From a candidate division WOR-3 bacterium (GTDB lineage: Bacteria; Hydrothermota; Hydrothermia; LBFQ01): a DNA stretch of 32,050 nt. Location: NCBI GenBank assembly GCA_027050205.1, contig JALUCS010000095.1:1-32050 (forward strand), given 5' to 3'. Shown here in pieces: positions 26,842 to 32,050 of the stretch. The position numbers and the translations under genes are program-made. Positions within the stretch are counted from its first letter, which is position 1, and every line of letters begins with the position of its first letter. The notes under the pieces were generated by a model. The model had not been told where the DNA came from and searched no databases. It worked only from the letters and a program-made list of their open reading frames with translations.

Positions 26842-27714
26842 ATGCGACGCCTCTACGAGTTCCTGTTTCAGGCCGTACTCTTTACGGCGGCCTCCATCAC
26901 CGTTTTAACGACGTTGGGCATAGTGGCCATCCTCCTCTACCAGAGTCTCCTGTTCTTCCGGGAGGTCTCGGTGGTGGAGTTTTTGACCGACACCCAGTGG
27001 ACCCCCCTGTTTACGGAGAAGCACTTCGGTATCCTCCCCCTCCTCGCCGGCACCTTCCTGACCTCCTCCATAGCCATGGTGGTCGCCCTCCCTATGGGTC
27101 TCATCATCGCCATATTCTTAAGCGAGTACGCTTCCTCCCGCGTTCGCTCCTTCGTAAAGCCCGTCCTTGAGATCCTAACGGCCATCCCCACGGTGGTGTA
27201 CGGATACTTTGCTCTCCTCTTCGTTACCCCTCTCCTCAAGAAAGTCATACCGAGCATATCGGGTTTCAACGCCCTCTCTCCCGGCATCGTGATGGGGATA
27301 ATGATCCTCCCCATAGTCACCTCCCTAAGTGAGGACGCCCTAAGGGCGGTGCCGAGGAGCCTTAGGGAAGCCGCCTACGCCTTGGGGGCGGATCGCTTTA
27401 CTACGGCCGTCAGGGTAGTCCTCCCGTCGGCTTTTTCGGGTATAATGGCCGCCTTCATCCTCGGAATATCCCGTGCCATCGGGGAGACTATGATAGTGAC
27501 CATAGCCGCCGGTCAGAGGCCGGTCCTAACCCTCAACCCCCTCGTCCCCATAGAGACTATGACGGCATACATCGTGCAGGTTAGCCTGGGGGATGTCCCC
27601 GCGGGGACGGTGGAGTACCATACCATCTTCGCCGTAGGCCTGTCCCTCTTCGTCATAACCTTCGTCTTCAACGTTGTTAGCTACCTCCTGAAGAGGCGTA
27701 TGTGGGAGAGGTAG
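26842..27714 (+). CDS. pstC: Phosphate ABC transporter permease
   Basis: [20 protein letters not shown] loop [10 protein letters not shown] and SRAIGETM. Confidence 0.93.
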   Translation: MRRLYEFLFQAVLFTAASITVLTTLGIVAILLYQSLLFFREVSVVEFLTDTQWTPLFTEKHFGILPLLAGTFLTSSIAMVVALPMGLIIAIFLSEYASSRVRSFVKPVLEILTAIPTVVYGYFALLFVTPLLKKVIPSISGFNALSPGIVMGIMILPIVTSLSEDALRAVPRSLREAAYALGADRFTTAVRVVLPSAFSGIMAAFILGISRAIGETMIVTIAAGQRPVLTLNPLVPIETMTAYIVQVSLGDVPAGTVEYHTIFAVGLSLFVITFVFNVVSYLLKRRMWER

Positions 27715-27716
27715 GG

Positions 27717-29354
27717 TCACCGCCTCGCCCTAAGGCTGTCCAGTTTCAGTATCCCCCTCGCCACTTTCCTGAAGAGGGGAGCGGCGGCCGTTCCACCAGT
27801 CCTCACCTTCTTTGGCTCGTCTATCAGGACGTAGATGACGTACTTCGGACTATCCGCCGGGAAGAAACCGATGAAGGAGGTAAGGGACCTCGCCATACTG
27901 TACCTCTTGGCCCTGGGGTCGTACTTCTGGGCGGTCCCGGTCTTACCGGCCACCTTTACGCCCTTCATCTTCGCCCACCTCCCTGTGCCACTATCCACCA
28001 CGGCGACGAGGAGTTCCTTTAGAGCCTTGAAGGTCTCCTTGGAGGCTACCGTCCTCAAGTCGTAGTACCTCGTAGGTCCCTGTACGAGTTTCGGGAAGAT
28101 GAATTTGCCGTCGTTGGCTATGGTGATGTATGCCCTCACCATCTGGATAGGATTGACGTAGATACCCTGCCCTATGGCCATGTTGGCTATCTTAACCTTC
28201 CTCCACGTCCTGTACTTGGAAAGCTCCTCTAACCTGACGGGGTCCTCCGGTAGTCCTATATCGGCCGGCTCGCCGAAGCCGTAGAGGAGCGCCCTCCTGT
28301 ACAGGCCGTTCTTCCGTATGCTGTCCATCATCAGGGCGAGTTTGGCGGCGCAGGCGTTGGAGGATTTCACCAAGGCCCAAAACCAGGTGTCCCTGTCCCC
28401 GAGGGGGGTTATGTCCCTTATCTGCACCCCACCGCCCAAGTTGAGTACCCCTTCGGAGATGCCGCAGGTGTCCTCCGGTCTGATCCCCCTCTCAAACCCC
28501 TCCGTATATACGACTATCTTGAAGTTGGAGCCGGGTTCGTAGTTGAAGATAAGGTTCCGCCTAAGGGAGCCTACGGCGGCGTAGGTGAGGATGTCGCCCG
28601 TCTTCGCGTCCGCTACTACAACCATACCCCCCTTCGCATCCACCTGCCTCACCCTCTCCTTCAAAAGGGCGTAGGCCAGCCTCTGGATGTCCATATCTAT
28701 GGTGGTGTGGAGGTCCTTACCGTCCGCCACCTTACGATGGAACAGGTGGTCCCCTAAGGCCGTAAAGAGGGAAACCGGCATAGGATAGACCTTCCCGGAG
28801 GCGTCCTTGAGGTACCGCTTTACGGTGTAGCCGGGGGCGAGGATGCTGTCATAACCGTACTCTATCCCCGAAACCCCATGGAGTCCCCGAACCCTACCGA
28901 CGATGTTGGCGCAGGCCTCCCCACAGGGGTAGTACCTCCGGGTGTACCTTATCGTCCGGAATATCCCCCTTATGCCCCGGAGGGAATCCCACAGGAATGG
29001 GGATAACCCCTCTATGCGGGTATGTAGGGCCGTCCGGCTGACGTTTATGCCGAAGCGGGCCAACCTCGCCGAATCCTTGGGGGATAGGGTATCCACCACC
29101 TCCAACGTGAAGCCCTCCCCCGTAAAGGCCAACGGCCTGCCGTAGCGGTCGTATATCGTCCCCCTCCTCCCTGGGGCCTTAACCTCTATGATGTGTTGCT
29201 TCTCCGCGAGGGAGCGGTAAGGCTCCGGCCTGAAGATGATGAGGTGGAGAATGCGGAGAAGCACCAGAGCGAGAGCCAAAAAGGTCAGGATCCTGAAGAC
29301 CGCGAGCCGCCGGACGAGGTAATGGCCGGTCAGGTTTGCACCCTTGCGAGGCAT
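27717..29354 (-). CDS. ftsI: Class B penicillin-binding protein, FtsI/PBP3-like
   Basis: RG.IYDR.G, GIEY.YD..L, SxxK (EPGSNFK), SSN and KTGTAQK. Confidence 0.8.
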   Translation of the reverse strand: MPRKGANLTGHYLVRRLAVFRILTFLALALVLLRILHLIIFRPEPYRSLAEKQHIIEVKAPGRRGTIYDRYGRPLAFTGEGFTLEVVDTLSPKDSARLARFGINVSRTALHTRIEGLSPFLWDSLRGIRGIFRTIRYTRRYYPCGEACANIVGRVRGLHGVSGIEYGYDSILAPGYTVKRYLKDASGKVYPMPVSLFTALGDHLFHRKVADGKDLHTTIDMDIQRLAYALLKERVRQVDAKGGMVVVADAKTGDILTYAAVGSLRRNLIFNYEPGSNFKIVVYTEGFERGIRPEDTCGISEGVLNLGGGVQIRDITPLGDRDTWFWALVKSSNACAAKLALMMDSIRKNGLYRRALLYGFGEPADIGLPEDPVRLEELSKYRTWRKVKIANMAIGQGIYVNPIQMVRAYITIANDGKFIFPKLVQGPTRYYDLRTVASKETFKALKELLVAVVDSGTGRWAKMKGVKVAGKTGTAQKYDPRAKRYSMARSLTSFIGFFPADSPKYVIYVLIDEPKKVRTGGTAAAPLFRKVARGILKLDSLRARR

Positions 29355-30706
29355 TCCGTGCAGAGGGTACTTAGTAGGGCGCGCTTACCCACCTCTATCT
29401 CGCCGTAGTCCTCGTCCCCAAGTAGTTTGGCGCCGGCCGTCGTGTACCTATAGAGGGCCTCCTGAAGGGTGAGCCTCTCGTCCTTAAGGGGATGGTAAAG
29501 CGCTCCGGATAGGCCGTAGATAGGGCCGGGGGGCATGGTGTCGGAGGAGAAGGCGTACCTTACGCCGAGGTTCTCCATGGTGCGGTACCTGTTGTGCCAA
29601 TAGACGGCGTCCCCTATAACCCGTTGGTAAAGTCCCCCCGCTCTACCCCACCTCCTCGTAAAGTTAGGCTGTACGGCTATCCCCACACCCAAGGAGGCTG
29701 CCGTACGGTAATGCTCCATCCTTGGAAACAGGAAATGCTCTATGCGGTGTCGCTCCGGGTGGCTGCTATGTCCTATCACCCGTAGGGCCTGGTCTATGGC
29801 CTCGTCCCCTATGGCGTGGAACCATACGCCCAGACCGAGTTTCTCGGCCTCCCGCAGGACCTTAAGGAGGTATTCGTCGCCGTGGAGGAGTTTCCCCCTC
29901 TTTCCGGTGTCGGCGTACGGGAAGGAGAAGGCGGCCGTCCTCGCCCCAACGGAGCCGTCAAGGAACTCCTTAACCCCAACGATGCGGAGGTGGTCGCTGC
30001 GGTAGCTGATCAAGTCGCCCAAGGCCTTGAGGTCGTCGTAATAGACGGCCACCCTCCACCTCAAGGTGAGCTCTCCCCTACCGTCCATCTCAATCAACTT
30101 CCGTACGTAGAAGGCCTTCGTGTTCTCACCCACCGCCACTATCCCCAACCTCCTCGCTATCTCCTCCGCCTTTCGTATGGCCTCCTCTATCTCCGTCTCC
30201 GATGGCTTGACGTACCGGCTCAAGTTTAGGGGGAGATGCTCAACCGCCAGACCGCTCCCTTCGTTGAGGCCCTCTATCTCCCCGTACCTCTCCTTAAGCC
30301 ACCTTATGGCGGCGGAGTTCAGTACGGCCTTGTGGCCGCATACCCTGCGAACTATCAGGGGCCTGTCCGTTATGCGGTCAAGGTCGTCCTTTGTGAAGGC
30401 CCTCGGCCAGAGGGTGTCGTCGTACCCCTCCATCACTATCACCTCCGCCTCCACCTCCTCTACCTTACGCGCTATGAAACGTAGGGCCTCCTCAAGGCTC
30501 TCTATACCGTCAAGGCGGGGACGGGTTAGGCTTAAAGCGTAGGCCGTCAGGTGGGAGTGGACGTCCACGAAACCGGGAATGAGGAGCGAAGAGACGTCGT
30601 AATTCTCAAGCCCCACCCGGATGCCCGTAATGTAGCCTCCGGAGACCTCTATCCCTACGTTCTCGTAGATGTACCTCCCAACCAACGCCCTTGCGAAGGC
30701 TATCAC
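29330..30706 (-). CDS. Metal-dependent amidohydrolase (Amidohydro_3, YtcJ-like)
   Basis: PGFVDVHSH, K.FLDGS.G.RTAA, HAIGD, HRIEH and FSSD. Confidence 0.9.
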   Translation of the reverse strand: MIAFARALVGRYIYENVGIEVSGGYITGIRVGLENYDVSSLLIPGFVDVHSHLTAYALSLTRPRLDGIESLEEALRFIARKVEEVEAEVIVMEGYDDTLWPRAFTKDDLDRITDRPLIVRRVCGHKAVLNSAAIRWLKERYGEIEGLNEGSGLAVEHLPLNLSRYVKPSETEIEEAIRKAEEIARRLGIVAVGENTKAFYVRKLIEMDGRGELTLRWRVAVYYDDLKALGDLISYRSDHLRIVGVKEFLDGSVGARTAAFSFPYADTGKRGKLLHGDEYLLKVLREAEKLGLGVWFHAIGDEAIDQALRVIGHSSHPERHRIEHFLFPRMEHYRTAASLGVGIAVQPNFTRRWGRAGGLYQRVIGDAVYWHNRYRTMENLGVRYAFSSDTMPPGPIYGLSGALYHPLKDERLTLQEALYRYTTAGAKLLGDEDYGEIEVGKRALLSTLCTECLARVQT

Positions 30707-30726
30707 GTCGCTATTCTACCGCCGTT

Positions 30727-31140
30727 TTAGAGATCCTCCGTCGCGTCAAAGGTCGCTGCCACCCGCAAGGGTAGTGGAACCCGTCCGACCTTCACGAGGT
30801 GTTTCCGGTGCCAACGGAGGTTGTCTATAACTACTCCCCTCTTGGAGGAGGCGTGGATCATCTTACCGTTTCCGAGGTATATCCCCACGTGGCCTATCGG
30901 CTTCTTGTAGTAGTCAAAGAAGAGTAGATCCCCTGGCCTCATACTGTCTATGGGGACGCTCCTCGCCCACTTCGCCATGGCGCTCGCCGTACGCGGCGGT
31001 GAGTATCCGAACTTACGGAGAACGGTACCGACGAAACCGCTACAGTCAAACCCCGTAGAGTCCGTACCCCCGTACCTGTAAGGAGTACCGAGGTAAGAGA
31101 GTGAAAAGTAAAGCACCGCCAACGTCGGGTCCATCCACAT
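30727..31140 (-). CDS. NlpC/P60 (C40) peptidoglycan endopeptidase
   Basis: GTPYRYGG...GFDCSGF, PGDLLFF, HVGIYLG and IHAS. Confidence 0.95.
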   Translation of the reverse strand: MWMDPTLAVLYFSLSYLGTPYRYGGTDSTGFDCSGFVGTVLRKFGYSPPRTASAMAKWARSVPIDSMRPGDLLFFDYYKKPIGHVGIYLGNGKMIHASSKRGVVIDNLRWHRKHLVKVGRVPLPLRVAATFDATEDL

Positions 31141-31918
31141 ACGCCCCTATCTTAAGGGGGAACCGTCCCGGATGTGGGGATGGCCACACATTTAGCGATG
31201 ATTCCCGTACATACGCCTACCGTATATCCAAAAGGGTATTTCTAGCGATTTCCGTAGAACCTTAATACCTCCCTCAAAAAGGTCGGGCGTCTGAAGACCT
31301 TAGCCATCCTTTGATCTACGGAACTACCTACCTCTTTACGCGCATTGGCCAAGTACGTACTTTCAGTGGGACGTTGGAGCGAGTTTCCCGTACCGCAGAT
31401 GTCGGAAACCGGACTGAGGATTCCGCTAATGGACTGGCGATTGCTCTGCAGTCTTATCGGACGGGAAGATAACGGAATTTTGAAGATGGATTTACCAAAG
31501 TAGGGGTTTCTAAAGGGCGGGTTTATGTTCCGAGAATCTCCGTAGGATTGCAGGCAGATTAACGTATTCGGCTGATAGTGTGATCCCTTTCAAGGGGTCG
31601 TTGGGGCGAAGTTCCCTGTGCTGCCAGGACCTTGAACCCGTATTAGTGCCTTCCATCAACTGCACTTTGCACCTTCCGAAACCCGACTCCGGAAGGGGAT
31701 TGAACACGATGCCGTTCAAAAAATCTTGCTGTAAGGGTTGCAACAGCCCTAAAGTACGACTACTCGTTTTTTGAAGCCCAATTTTCAACCTGAACTCCTT
31801 CACAACACCCCATTGTAAGCGAAAAGTTTTATAAAAACCTGGCTTGTTTCATAGGGATTAATTCATTATCACGTCCGACTCCACATCAGTCTTGCTACAG
31901 CCTTAGAATGTACGCCCT

Positions 31919-32050
31919 ATGAAGACAACAAAAAGCAACGGCGCGAACCAATGGAAGCACCCCCGCCCCGAATGGGTGTTGAGGTACCTTGAGGAGTTGA
32001 AAAAGGAGAAAGGGAAAAACCTGCAGGTAAAGTACGTGAATGGGTCGTGG
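31919..32050 (+). mobile_element. N-terminus of a probable IS1634-family transposase (3'-truncated, absent from the ORF track)
   Basis: My translation is MKTTKSNGANQWKHPRPEWVLRYLEELKKEKGKNLQVKYVNGSW. It resembles the W...L.E.K..G..L.VK..NG.Y start I recall for IS1634 transposases. TAGAAT lies 9 nt upstream. Confidence 0.5.

Noticed and set aside
31510..31803. Short ORFs in AT-rich gaps (also 24619-24933 and 24813-25046)
   Set aside because: Atypical codon usage and no recognisable motifs or translation signals.

Overview
Gene-dense, GC-rich (roughly 60% by eye) chromosomal window from a bacterium, probably a thermophilic diderm. Bacteroidota-style C-terminal sorting domains plus an archaeal-type Trm1 suggest an FCB-associated lineage such as WOR-3, but this is inference. 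Housekeeping genes (rpoD 3' end, trm1, miaA, amidase, rplO-secY-adk, rsmE, pstC, ftsI-like PBP, amidohydrolase, NlpC/P60) are mixed with many envelope proteins (SBBP, FG-GAP, GH-like and YncE propellers, WG repeats, lipoproteins). An MvaI/BcnI-type R-M pair has a frameshifted nuclease, and a probable IS1634-type transposase starts at the right edge. No tRNA, rRNA or CRISPR array was seen. The most striking unexplained features are: (1) a TANNNT -10 box 6-13 nt before about 17 start codons, implying leaderless or near-leaderless genes alongside broken operons; (2) secreted CTD proteins with ultra-short N-terminal hydrophobic heads lacking a basic n-region; (3) a 75-bp copy of the methyltransferase gene in the R-M upstream region; (4) a diverged non-coding element shared by two AT-rich intergenic regions; (5) patchy DNA identity between tandem glycoside-hydrolase paralogues; (6) near-total TCGA avoidance. 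All family calls come from motif recognition by eye; no searches were run.
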